The position numbers were made by a program, and so were the translations under genes. A DNA stretch of 64,000 nt, from the NCBI RefSeq assembly GCF_006345805.1, contig NC_043005.1:98084001-98148000 (forward strand), given 5' to 3'. The notes beneath the pieces are model-generated. The model saw only the letters and a list, made by a program, of their open reading frames with translations. It did not search any database and was not told the DNA's origin. Below, piece by piece: positions 11,560-24,050 of this stretch. The DNA is from Octopus sinensis. Taxonomy: Eukaryota. Within the stretch, counting starts at the first letter, position 1, and the number at the start of each line of letters is the position of its first letter.

Positions 11560-11790
11560 TTCTTTATTACCCACAAGGGGCTAAACACAGAGGGGACAAA
11601 CGAGGACAGACAAACAGATTAAGTCGATTACATCGACCCCAGTGTGTAACTGGTACTTATTTAATCGACCCCGAAAGGATGAAAGGCAAAGTAGACCTTG
11701 GCGGAATTTGAACTCAGAATGTAACGGCAGACGAAATACCACTAAGCATTTCACCCGGCATGCTAGCGATCCTGCCAGCTCGCCACCTTA
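11560..11790 (-). mobile_element. SINE family A
   Basis: Full-length reverse copy (ggtggcgagctggcag ... gggtaataaagaaa). Confidence 0.9.
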
Positions 11791-12492
11791 TTTAATTAAT
11801 ATACCCACAGATATACAATGGCAATTTTTCCTGACATATGGAGTCTGAGACAACCTACACTCACACTTATACCAGTCAAATATTCCTTCTTAGATACAAA
11901 AGATTCGCAACCATCTCTACTTGCCATATTATGTCTGTTCAGAACTTTGGCTGAATCTGTTGGATTTCTCCATACATCCATATAAACAAATGAAATTATA
12001 GTTCAAAACTGCATTGAATTAAGAGAAATGTGTATTGTAGGAAAGAAAACCCTGCAAATGAGGAACAGTTAAGAAAATGCTGTAATTTTATTACTAAAAG
12101 GATTACTCATCTGAAGAATATGGTTAAAATAGCCATCACTGTTGATGGCTTAGATCTACCGTTATGTGTGAGAATCTATCAGAAATGTTTCCTGAAATAA
12201 TCTTTCGGCAAGCGCATGCAAATTCTGCTAGAAATGGCTTTAGCTGTTTTCTATTCTCTCACAGGACAGCATCAGTAAACTTCCATTTTTGGCTCAGATC
12301 CCAGTCTGTTTCCTGTCATCTTGGCAGATATTTTTGCTACTTATTCTTTCTCTCAATTGTGTGGGTTTATTAGGAAATGAGCCTCGTCATTTGTTTTCAC
12401 ATCGGGTGACTTAAGTGCATTTTTTTTGATAGCACACACACACACACCACACACACACACACACAAACATAAATGCACACACACTCATACAC

Positions 12493-12517
12493 ACACCATG
12501 CATATGTATGCATGTAC

Positions 12518-12548
<31 letters not shown>

Positions 12549-12945
12549 TGTATGTATGTATGCATGTATGCATGCATGCATGCATGCATGTATGTATGTA
12601 TGTATGTATGTGTGTATGTATGTATGTATGTATGTATGCATGTATGTATGTATGTATTATGTATTTGTATGTATGTATGTATGTATGTATTTATTATGTA
12701 TGTATGTATGTATGTATGTATGTATGTATGTATTTATGTATGTATGTATGTATGTTATGTATGTATTATGTATGTATGTATGTAATGTATGTATGTATGT
12801 ATGTATGTATGTATGTATGTATGTATTTATGTATGTATGTATGCATGCATGCATGCATGCATGTATGTATGTATGTATGTATGTTGGTATGTATGTATGT
12901 ATGTATGTATGTATGCATGTATGTATGTATGTTGTATGTATGTAT
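12493..12945. repeat. (TATG)n microsatellite, ~450 bp
   Basis: Source of the MYVC/HTYI pseudo-ORFs. Confidence 0.95.
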
Positions 12946-13091
12946 ATCCATATGTAAATATATGTATAGACCAAGTAATTTTCTTTTGTTTCAGCCTTGA
13001 AAATGTGACCATGCTGGGGCACCACCATTAATTTGCATCATTCTCTCTCTCTCGCCCCTCTCTCCCTCTCCCTCTCTCTCTTTCTCTCTCC

Positions 13092-13155
<64 letters not shown>

Positions 13156-13222
13156 TATCTATATATCAAATGTGCTTTTCATATTTTTTATGTTGTGATG
13201 TAATTCTTTGGACTAACAATGT

Positions 13223-13317
13223 TTGCGACTGAAGAGAGCTTTAAACCAGCTTTTATATCAATAATGCACTGACGTAATAACGGATTGTTTATAAAGCTTG
13301 AAACACGTGTACCGCGA
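13223..13317 (+). ncRNA. Type I hammerhead ribozyme motif
   Basis: CUGAAGA (13229-13235), stem II GAGCUUUA/UAAAGCUU, GAAA (13300-13303), palindromic ACACGUGU, GUA; stem I UUGCGA/CCGCGA with a mismatch next to the cleavage site. Confidence 0.75.
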
Positions 13318-13636
13318 TATCCTTTGTGTTCTGTTTTTAATTTATTTTTGATATATACTCTCTCACCTCTGCCACTATCTGGCATATACAGGTGCTTACA
13401 CCTATCAAGTATTCACCCTAAATTTACAGTACCTACTATATATATATATATATATATAGTACGTTTAAATATTTGTTGTGCAAGTTTTTTATGTGAAGTC
13501 GTGTGTTGAAACAGATATTGTTATATTTCGGAATGGTCATTTTGCCAGTTTAGCCAATAAAAACATATGCACTATATATTTGGTGTTATTTTGCTTCAGT
13601 GTTATTTATTTTTTACATTAATCTTAATCTTATTTC

Positions 13637-13681
13637 GGCCAGAGTTCTTTTGTCACACTCCTGTGACCGCATCAGTGGTCC
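13637..13681 (-). ncRNA. Variant minimal HHR in the inverted pLTR (G12A)
   Basis: GGACCA-CUGAUGCG-GUCAC/GUGAC-AAAA-GAAC-UC-UGGCC. Confidence 0.6.
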
Positions 13682-13799
13682 TTTGTTTTCTTCTTTCTTA
13701 TTTGTGTCTCTCCTTACTAACCGTCAGCCATTTTGTATTTTGTATTTCTATTGTATGTCTTCATTTGCGCATGCTTATATCTCTATGTGCGTTTCTGCC

Positions 13800-14672
13800 C
13801 CAGTAGATGTTTAAGAGGTAGACCGCCCACAATTACTTCTATGGCTAGGAAGACACATATAGAAAGATGGCGCAGATGGACCAGAGCCATACGGAGCCCC
13901 CAAAATGTCCATCAGATATAAGAAAATGATCGCACATGCACTAGGAGCTAGTATAAGAGTTACCCTAAAAGGCCACACGTTAAGTTTAATAATAAAATAT
14001 ATGCCCAGGATGAGGGAGCAGCCATCGGCGTTAGTATCGCTGGTGATGTGCCAACCTTTTCATGGTATGGTGGGACAGAAGGCTTAAAGAACGCCTAACA
14101 CAGAACTCCATACTCGTAAACTGTACTCTCTCTCGCTATGTTGATGATATCAACATAGTGGTAAAGGCACCCCGACAAGAGAGTAATGTTGATATAGTAA
14201 TAGAAACTAATACTATGGAGAGCATCCAGCAAATAGCTAACTCCATCCACCAGAGTATTAAGGTCACAATAGACTACCCCACTAAACACCCCAACCATAG
14301 ATACCAGTACTAGACACCGAACTCTGGCTAGAAATTGTGAATAATAAAACCCAAATCCTTCATTCATACTATGCCAAACCTATGGCCTCAAAATACTTGA
14401 TCCACCGGAACTCAGCCATTGTGGACAATGCCAAATTCAATATTTTGATGGCAGACCTCGTCAGAATAATGAGAAATGTGTCACGTATGTGCGAGCCTAC
14501 AGAGTTAAAGAGACACATACAATATTTCATTCACCGCATGCAGTTCTCAGGTTACAGCCATAAAGAAAGGATCAGAGTATACAAAGGAGCCATTAAGAAA
14601 TTTAATAATATATTATGTAATGATAGAATGGGATTTGCCCACTCTATAGGAACAAGTCATGGAACACTATAG
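13800..14672 (+). pseudogene. PLE reverse transcriptase C-half (frameshifted)
   Basis: IYAQDEGAAIG, MVWWDRRL, SRYVDDINIV and YYAKPMASKYLIHRNSA, typical of PLE RT and thumb. Confidence 0.9.
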
Positions 14673-14766
14673 AAAGGACAAAAGAAAATAGGGAAGGCCA
14701 ACTCTTGTATGATAGCCATAAATACCAGAGTGTCATGTTCGTTGACACCACCCCTGGAGGTGAACT

Positions 14767-15267
14767 GTGTACCACTTTAGAAGGACCCTAGACAAACTTA
14801 AGCTAAGAATTAAGGTTGTAGAAAAGCCAGGCAACCCTATCAAATCTATAATTGGTAGAACCTATCCTTTTAGTAGAACCCCCTGTACGGATAAGTACTG
14901 TACTGTATGTAGATTTAGCCCACAAACAAACTGTAAAGCCAGAAATGTAGTCTATAGTATAAGATGTATAGAGGGACGATGCAGTAACAAGACAACGACA
15001 TACGTAGGGGAAACAGCAAGAAGCATAGGAGAGCGGGTAAATGAGCATTGGAGACAACTCAAGGAAGGTAAAAGCTTATCGATTCTGTACCAACACGCCG
15101 AACAGGAACACGGGGGGCCAATCAATAACATAGAAATTAAAATATTATCCACACATAGATCAGATGCAACAATTAGACAAATTACAGAAGCTACACACAT
15201 AATAGAAAATAAACCTAGCCTGAATAGAAAACTAGAATGGAGCACTAACACACACCATAACATATGA
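14767..15267 (+). CDS. PLE GIY-YIG endonuclease domain preceded by a Cys-rich linker
   Basis: CTDKYCTVC...CKARNVVYSIRC...TYVGETARSIGERVNEH...RQITEA...LNR; the Cys linker suggests the Neptune-type clade (inference). Confidence 0.9.
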   Translation: MYHFRRTLDKLKLRIKVVEKPGNPIKSIIGRTYPFSRTPCTDKYCTVCRFSPQTNCKARNVVYSIRCIEGRCSNKTTTYVGETARSIGERVNEHWRQLKEGKSLSILYQHAEQEHGGPINNIEIKILSTHRSDATIRQITEATHIIENKPSLNRKLEWSTNTHHNI

Positions 15268-15698
15268 CGATAGAGGATCCTGAAAACATAATAAATACAC
15301 AGATAAATAAACTAATAGAAATAAATAACTATATATATATATATATTTTTTTTTTATTAATTTGTTTAATTAATTTTTTTATTTATAATTTTTTTTCGAT
15401 TCGATTTATTATTACTAGTATTGTTGTTATACATACAAGCATATGTAATGATAATAATAAGTGAATGTAAACACATGAACAAAATAAGAATAAACAAAAA
15501 CAACAAAAACAAAATACAAATTACATGAACATATATAAACAGAAAATACAAATATTACAGGCATCCCCCCCACACACACACTAAATAAACATAGACGCAC
15601 ATAGAGATATAAGCATGCGCAAATGAAGACATACAATAGAAATACATAATGGCTGACGGTTAGTAAGGAGCGACACAAATAAGAAAGAAGAAAACAAA

Positions 15699-15743
15699 GG
15701 ACCATTGATGCGGTCACAGGAGTGTGACGAAAGAACTCTGGCC
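15699..15743 (+). ncRNA. Variant minimal HHR in the 3' pLTR (C3U)
   Basis: GGACCA-UUGAUGCG-GUCAC/GUGAC-GAAA-GAAC-UC-UGGCC. Confidence 0.65.
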
Positions 15744-15988
15744 GAAATAAGATTAAGATTAATGTAAAAAATAAATAACACTGAAGCAAAATAACACCAA
15801 ATATATAGTGCGTGTGTTTTTATTGGCTAAACTGGCAAAATGACCATTCCGAAATATAACAATATATATATATATACATATATATATTCACATATATATG
15901 TGTATATATATATATATTATATAATATACACATATATATATACATATATATATATATACATATATATATACATATATATATATTCACA

Positions 15989-16031
<43 letters not shown>

Positions 16032-16264
16032 CAAAACAAGCAACAAGAATATCCAGAGATCATACAGTACGATCATTTCACGCAACTCCATTTAATTGAA
16101 CAATGCCATCATTGCATCAATTTAAATGCAGAACAATCCTCATCATGCACTGTCTGCCTGATAAGAAACTTAGACACTCCCATGTCCCTGACAATAGACC
16201 TGATCGACTTGGAGGGATTGCTGTCAATCTTAGCCTGGATTTCACCGACAAATTCAGGAGTTTT

Positions 16265-16471
16265 CTAAGCTGCCATACCTTCATAATCACCATTAGACTC
16301 ATCCAACCCTTTCCAAATTCTCTGCATTGTTCTCAGATTGACAACCAAAGATTCTGAAATCTTCATATTGAAACTTCCAGCATAAATGCCTAGCAGTACA
16401 GCATGCCGTTTCCAATTTTCTGGCAGAGTGAATTGTATCATGGTGCTGTTTTTGTCACAGGTGGGGCCCAA
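16265..16471 (-). pseudogene. Mariner-like (probably maT/DD37D) transposase N-terminal fragment
   Basis: HTH-like KISESLVVNLRTMQRIWK; probably the same family as 26111-26452. Confidence 0.5.
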
Positions 16472-17063
16472 CTGACCCTACTATACTGTGTAGTCAACAA
16501 AATGAAAAGCAATGCGCATGTGCAGAATTAAAAATATTAAAATGGCAACAATTTATCCATCACATCCTGTATGTGTGTGTGTACATATGCTTATGTATGT
16601 ATGTATATATATATGCATGTGTGTATCTATCTATCTATCGATCGATCTACAGTTGTACATAGATACATACATACAAACATACATATGCATATATGATTGT
16701 ATACATTATGATATTATGTGATATCTGTAAATGAGAGTCACTGTCACACAAGTGGTGTCGTTTATTTCTTGTCTTCCTTGAAAACATGTGCGGCCACAGA
16801 GAAACACTACCTTAGTTAGAAACAATTGAGTGTTGTCAACAGGAAGGACATCCAGCCGTAGAAAAGCACAAGCATGGAAAGGCAGCTGCTGCTACAGCTG
16901 GTGCTGCAATGATGATAATGGTCATGATGGTGATGACAGTGATGTTATATGCACAGTGCAAAGAAAATCACAACATTTGTTTACTTTCCACAGCACATGC
17001 ATTCTAAACCGCAGACTATATTATATTTATCTCAGGCTTTCTTATACCTGCTGTTGCACACAA

Positions 17064-17094
<31 letters not shown>

Positions 17095-17375
17095 TTGCTG
17101 GAAGATGATGAGTCACTTCACTATTACTCAGTTTCTCTCACTTTTGTGCATTAATTAATTTAGGCTGAACAGAAACACACACACACAGTAACAGATAAAG
17201 TTGTTGTTGTTGATGTTGGTGGTGATGGTGGTGATGGTGGTGGGTGGGTGTTTGGGTGTTTGGGTGGATATTGGAGTAACCATGGAGTGAATCATCAGCT
17301 TTGAGTGAATAAATAAATGCTTTTGCAGCTATTGATTTGCTGAGCCTTCCTTTTCAGCATTTGTTCATCTAAACA

Positions 17376-17446
<71 letters not shown>

Positions 17447-17475
17447 CACTCCATCATCATGGTCATTGTCATTGC

Positions 17476-17537
<62 letters not shown>

Positions 17538-17869
17538 CCATTATCATTATTTTACCACCATTGTTTCAGAGTACATGCTTGCATGGGTTTAGTAAAAGAT
17601 TTTTGGAGTAGATTTTTCTAAGACCAGATGCCCTTCCTGTTCCTTGTAAAACCATGACGTTTACCATTATTGCTTGATGTCAAGTCAATGTCATATGGAC
17701 ATATGCAAAGTGACATGAACACACAGAGTCACACATACACTGAATTATATGTATTTCTGCTGCTTTTAAATAAAGCATATTACTCTACCTCTGGTATTTG
17801 AGTACTTTTTTTCCACCTTTTTCAACATTTATGTGCTTACTCAGGTATATATATGTGTGTATATATATA

Positions 17870-19462
17870 TAGTATCTCACAGAAGTATGTATATCTCTAA
17901 AAAATTTCAGTAAAATTGCCATTAATCTGATAATATCGAAGGAAATCAAATGAAGTTTATACAGAATTATACATATTATATATGCAAACATTATACAAAA
18001 CAATAAACATTTTCAAAGATATGAACAAGATATTAATTTTCAAATGTTACAAAAATATGTACACCATAAAGGAAATTTGCTATATTCAATATCATATCAA
18101 CCTTTTTTCTAAATTCAGATATTGCTGATAATTTCAATTCTAATAAATTAGTTCTCCTGGCATTTTTGCACCAGTCATTGTTATTGCATCTGCAGGAATT
18201 CTCATTTGCGTATCTTGGTGAAAATTTTCTTCATTGTGATTAAAACGGAACCAAAAGGAAAAGAAATTTCTGAAGTTTGAAGAAAATTATTCTTAATTTG
18301 CACAAGAATGGTTTAGGATACAAGTTAATTAGCAAACGAATACCTATCAGCATAAACACAGTTGCCAAAGTAATTCAGAAGTACAAAGCTACTGGATGGC
18401 TAAGCAAAAAACATCACCCAGGTCATTCTTCTATTTTAACTGCACAGGATATTTGCCACATCCAATGTTGTGTGATGGATGACAGGCATCATGCTGCTTC
18501 ATCTTTGGCCCAAGAAGTGCCTTCTGTTACTAGAAAGAGTGTATTCACCCAAACAGTTCACCGAAGTTTGAACCAGTGTGGTCTTCATGGATGCATTCCT
18601 CGTAAGAAGCCTCTCCTCACTGCCAGGCATAAATCATGTTGTCTTTCTTTTGCCGAAACCTATGTGAGTAAGGGGAAGGAGTTTTGGTATAAAATTCCTT
18701 TTTCCTTCAAGACTAAAATCAATTTGTTTGGGTCAGATGGAATTAAATGAGTATGATGACAACCAGGTGAAGATAATAGAGACAAATGCATGGTGAAACA
18801 CGGTGGAGGAAGTGTTATGCTTTGGGGATGCATGAGTGCAGCTGGTGTGGGAGGACTCACAGTGGATTCAAGGCTTTATTGTGACATATTGCAGAAAACA
18901 ATGTTGAGAAGCATCAAGGAACTAGGAAGACATTCCATGTTCCAACATGATAATGACCCTAAATACACTTCAAAGATGACGATTAAATTTTTATCAAATA
19001 AAAAGGTAAAGGTATTGCCTTGGCCTACCATGTCACCTGAACAAACCCAACAGAACATCCCAGGGGTGTTTTGAAAAGGAAGGTTGAGGAGAAAAACCCC
19101 CACAATGTAACACAATTGAAAGACATCATCCAGGATGAATGGAAGTTGATTTCATTGTAACATGTAGGAATTTAGTTGACTCTATGCCCAGAAGACTTAA
19201 TGAAGTCATTGAAAGCAAGGGCAGTCACAACAAATATTGGATATAGCAAATAATCTTTTATGGTGTACATACTTTTGTATCATTTGAAAATTAATATTTT
19301 GTTCATATCTTTGGAAATGTTAATTGTTTTGTATTCCTAATTTGTATCATCTTTGCCCGTATATATTTATTCAGTATAAATTTCGTTTGATTTCCTTTGA
19401 TATTATCAGAGTAATGACAATTTTACAGAATTTTTTTAGGGGTACACTTCTGTGAGATATTG
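17870..19462 (+). mobile_element. Tc1-family DNA transposon (~1.6 kb, ~200-bp TIRs, IR/DR type), decayed
   Basis: TIR ends (t)agtatctcacagaagt / acttctgtgagatattg; inner repeat gtacaccataaa at ~18055 and ~19260. Confidence 0.9.
18277..19235 (+). pseudogene. Tc1 transposase (DD34E type), disrupted
   Basis: HTH GYKLISK; KKPLL; VKHGGGSVMLWGCM; FQHDNDPKYTSK; WPTMSP; SMPRRL. Confidence 0.92.
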
Positions 19463-20334
19463 TGTGTGTATGTGTGTATATATATATATATATATGTATA
19501 TCTGTATAAATATATTGTGAGAGGCAGATTGTATGATGTCTGTGTGCAAACAGCCATGCTACACAGCAATGAATCATGGGCTGTGGCTGCAGAGAACATG
19601 TGAAAACTTTAAAGAAATGGAGCCAGCATGCTTTGCTGGCTGTGCAATGCCAGTGTGCATGTACGATAGAGTTTAAGTGTTCTTAGAGAAAAACTGAATG
19701 TAAGACGGCCAGATGTGTTGTGCAAGAGAGACAACTGCACTGGTATGGTCATGTGATGCATATGGATGAGGACAACTGTGTAAAGAAGTGCTGATTTCAA
19801 ACTAAAGTGGGAACCTGTAGAAGAGGTAGACCCAGGAAGACATGGGACAAGGTGGTGAAGCATGGTCTTTGAATGTTGGGCCTTGAGGAGGCGAATGACA
19901 AATGAGTAAGGCCTTTGACGATGCGTTGTGTTTGAGAAAATTTGTCAAGCCAAGTGAAATCATAGTCATGGCTGATGCTGATGGTATGTAACTGGTACTC
20001 ATGCTGGTGGCATGTAAAACGCATCCATTACACTCTTGGAGTGGTTGGCGTTAGGAAGAGCATCCATGACAAATTGGACTGGAACCTGGTGCAGTTCTCC
20101 AGCCTACCAGTTCCACTCAAACCATCTAACCCATGCCAGCATGGAAAACAGACGTTAATGTTGATGATGATGATGATGATGATGATGACGATGGTGTGTG
20201 TGTGTGTGTGTGTGCATGGATATTTATTTTGTTTATTTGTTTCAGTCATTAGACTACGACCACACACACACACACCAATTGTAAAAAACATAAATATGAA
20301 AGAAGCACACTCTAAGATCTAGAGCAATATATAT

Positions 20335-20890
20335 TAAAAATGGAGAAGGCCGGTTTATGGGATTACCTTAGGTTTCCCGTCCATAAAGGATTTAGCTTTA
20401 TGGCATATCATCAGATCCCAAAAACCTGTTGGCCCACGAGCTCTTAAAAATATGGAGGAGGAAATACCTCACAACTCAAAGGTAATAATTGGGGATTATC
20501 TCCCTTTGCTATTGGCTGTGCTGCCATCTTGTGGGCTCCAAAAGCTAGCAGGAATCTCCTAAAATGTAAACATGGCCTGAAAATCTCTGTTCTGGAGTTA
20601 AGGATGTTCCCTGGTTCGAGTGAGTCTTTTAGGATTCTTGCGCATTCAGCTATGGAGGTTCCTGCTAGCTTTTTGAGCCCACATGATGGTAGTACAGCTG
20701 CAGGTTGATAGCCAATAGCGAAGGAGATAATCCCCAATTGTTTTCCTTGAGTACAGAGGTATTTCCCATTCCATATTTTTAGAGGTCATATGCCAACGGG
20801 TTTTTGGGATCTAACGATACACCATAAAGCTAAACCCTTCCTGGACAGGAAACCTAAGGTAATCCCAATGACTGGCCTTCCCCATTTTTC
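20335..20890. mobile_element. ~555-bp MITE/fold-back element with long TIRs in TA repeat
   Basis: aaaaatggagaaggcc...ggccttccccattttt termini; arms complementary over more than 200 bp. Confidence 0.8.
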
Positions 20891-20905
20891 ATAATATATA
20901 TATAT

Positions 20906-20939
<34 letters not shown>

Positions 20940-21789
20940 ATATATATATATGTATATCTGTATAAATATATTGTGAGAGGCAGATTGTATGATGTCTGTG
21001 TGCAAACAGCCATGCTACACAGCAATGAATCATGGGCTGTGGCTGCAGAGAACATGTGAAAACTTTAAAGAAATGGAGCCAGCATGCTTTGCTGGCTGTG
21101 CAATGCCAGTGTGCATGTACGATAGAGTTTAAGTGTTCTTAGAGAAAAACTGAATGTAAGACGGCCAGATGTGTTGTGCAAGAGAGACAACTGCACTGGT
21201 ATGGTCATGTGATGCATATGGATGAGGACAGCTGTGTAAAGAAGTGCTGATTTCAAACTAAAGTGGGAACCTGTAGAAGAGGTAGACCCAGGAAGACACG
21301 GGACAAGGTGGTGAAGCATGGTCTTTGAATGTTGGGCCTTGAGGAGGCGAATGACAAGTGAGTAATGCCTTTGATGATGCGTTGTGTTTGAGAAAATTTG
21401 TCAAGCCAAGTGAAATCATAGTCATGGCTGATGCTGATGGTATGTAACTGGTACCCATGCTGGTGGCATGTAAAACGCACCCATTACACTCTTGGAGTGG
21501 TTGGCGTTAGGAAGAGCATCCATGACAAATTGGACTGGAACCTGGTGCAGTTCTCCAGCCTACCAGTTCCACGCAAACCATCTAACCCATGCCAGCATGG
21601 AAAACAGACGTTAATGATGATGATGATGATGATGATGATGACGATGGTGTGTGTGTGTGTGTGTGTGTGCATGGATATTTATTTTGTTTATTTGTTTCAG
21701 TCATTAGACTACGACCACACACACACACACACACACCAATTGTAAAAAACATAAATCTGAAAGAAGCACACTCTAAGATCTAGAGCAAT

Positions 21790-22355
21790 ATATATTAAAA
21801 ATGGAGAAGGCCGGTTTATGGGATCACCTTAGGCTTCCCGTCCATAAAGGGTTTAGCTTTATGGCATATCATCAGATCCCAAAAACCTGTTGGCCCACAA
21901 GCTCTTAAAAATATGGAGGAGGAAATACCTCACAACTCAAAGGTAATAATTGGGGATTATCTCCCTTTGCTATTGGCTGTGCTGCCATCTTGTGGGCTCC
22001 AAAAGCTAGCAGGAATCTCCTGAAATGTAAACATGGCCTGAAAATCTCTGTTCTGGAGTTAAGGATGTTCCCTGGTTCGAGTGAGTCTTTTAGGATTCTT
22101 GCGCATTCAGCTATGGAGGTTCCTGCTAGCTTTTTGGAGCCCACATGATGGTAGTACAGCTGCAGGTTGATAGCCAATAGCGAAGGGAGATAATCCTCAA
22201 TTGTTTTCCTTGAGTACAGAGGTATTTCCCCTTCCATATTTTTAAGAGGTCATATGCCAACGGGTTTTTGGGATCTAACGATATACCATAAAGCTAAACC
22301 CTTCCTGGACAGGAAACCTAAGGTAATCCCAATGACTGGCCTTCCCCATTTTTCA
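21790..22355. mobile_element. Second copy of the long-TIR MITE
   Basis: Part of the tandem duplication. Confidence 0.8.
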
Positions 22356-22371
22356 TAAATATATATATATG

Positions 22372-22414
<43 letters not shown>

Positions 22415-23119
22415 TACACTCTTGGAGTGGTTGGCGTTAGGAAGGGCATCCACCTGTAGAAACTCTGCCAGATCAGATTGGAATTTGGTGCAGCTATCTG
22501 GTTCGCCAGACCTTAGTCAAATCATCCAACCCATGCTAGCATGGAAAGTGGATGTTAAACGATGATGATGATGATGATGATGATGGCATACACACATATA
22601 TATACACACATGATAGAAGTAAATTAGACACCCTTATAATCATTAAAATTTATTTAAATCTGAAATAATACATTCAAATTATTTATTAGTTGTTACGATG
22701 TGAATATTTAGCATTTAGTAGACATGTCCTTTGCCTTTTTCAATACAAGGACCCTATTAAGTATGTTACTGATCAGATGATGAATATTCTCTCGCAGAAT
22801 TTCTTGCCAAATTTCATGCAGTAATCTCAAACGATCTGACTTTGAAAATGCTTTCTGGTTCTTTTTATGAAGTATTGTGTCCAAAACAGCATTTACAAGG
22901 TCTGATAAAAAGTACTGGGCTATGGTAACAGAGCTAAAGTACCGAGAGGAAAGCCACTTGGCACAGATTGACTTTGAACTGTATTATGCATGCACACAAA
23001 GTTATAACATTCTCACTTACTTCCATTGTTTACAGCAGCACTTGAAAGTAAAGCGTGTAGAGTGTGGTCGTCTCGAAAAGAAGATCAGGTTTCAGCTATG
23101 TGGGATCTTCTTGATTGTA

Positions 23120-23400
23120 TAGAGGAGGACTAAAACATTTTGAATGGGGTCTTAGCAATTTACATATTTTGTTCTCTATGGCTATGACTCTGATGCCAAG
23201 GTCCACTTTTCACAGTAAATGGAAGACTCCCAACGAGATTTCAAGAAATCAAGGAAATCCAAGCAAATGTGACAAAAAGGTTGTTCACTATCCGAAAAAG
23301 GAGTTCCAGGAAGGCTTCTCTGAATGGAAATAACACTGGATGAAGTGTTTGGCTTCAGAATGGAACTACTTCGAAGGAGATTAAATGCTGAATTGACATG
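23120..23400 (+). pseudogene. Mariner transposase remnant, internally deleted
   Basis: GYDSDAK (YDPETK-like) and YPKKEFQEGFSEWK*HWMKCLASEWNYFEGD*. Confidence 0.7.
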
Positions 23401-23589
23401 TGTTGTAGTTCTCTTTTTATAGCACCAGTCCCAATACATTTTGGTCAGATCTTGTATTAGAAAATCCGAGATAAATTTAAATTGCTAAGTCTTTCACGGT
23501 GGAACTTTAAACTGATGTTTATTTACTTTATGTTTCAAAATTATCCATAATTAAAAGACAATCCAACCTTGATAATTCCATCTATCCTT

Positions 23590-23861
23590 CATATATATTT
23601 TATCTTAAATGTGTTTGGACTGCAGCCATGCTGGAGCATCATCTTGGGGAGTTTAGACAAACAAATTGGCCCCAGAATTTATTCTTTTTTTAGTTTGGAA
23701 CTTATTCCTTTATTGCCCATCTGCTATGTTATGGGGATGGAAACAAATCAACAGCAGTTATCAAGGGGTGAGGAGAACAAGTAAACACACACACACGTGT
23801 GCACGCATGCACACACACACACACGTGTGCGCATACACACACAAACACACATACACACACA

Positions 23862-23903
<42 letters not shown>

Positions 23904-24050
23904 GACACACACACACAAACACACACAACAAGCTTTCACATAGCTTCCTTCTGCCAAATTCTCTCCCATGACATTGGTTGGCCCAGGATTGTAGTAGAAG
24001 AAATCTGCCTAAAGTGCCGTGCAATGGGACTGAACCATGGTTCAGTCCCT
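23590..24050 (-). mobile_element. CORE-like tRNA SINE split by (CA)n
   Basis: Homologous to 25735-26110 and 61252-61642. Confidence 0.65.

Larger units (their letters stand above)
13515..15865 (+). mobile_element. 5'-truncated Penelope-like element with inverted pLTR arrangement
   Basis: RT and GIY-YIG coding remnants flanked by ~275-bp inverted repeats 13515-13792 / 15595-15865. Confidence 0.92.
19490..22410. repeat. Tandem duplication, period ~1456 bp (RTE 3' fragment + tail + fold-back MITE)
   Basis: tctgtataaatatattgtgagagg at 19501 and 20957; units bounded by (TA)n. Confidence 0.92.

Noticed and set aside
12245-12415. Polypyrimidine-CAG acceptor followed by a 49-codon frame
   Set aside because: No homology recognised and no donor; expected by chance.
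12411-13031. Long MYVC/HTYI ORFs
   Set aside because: (TATG)n microsatellite artefacts; the same applies to the TA, CA and TATC ORFs throughout.
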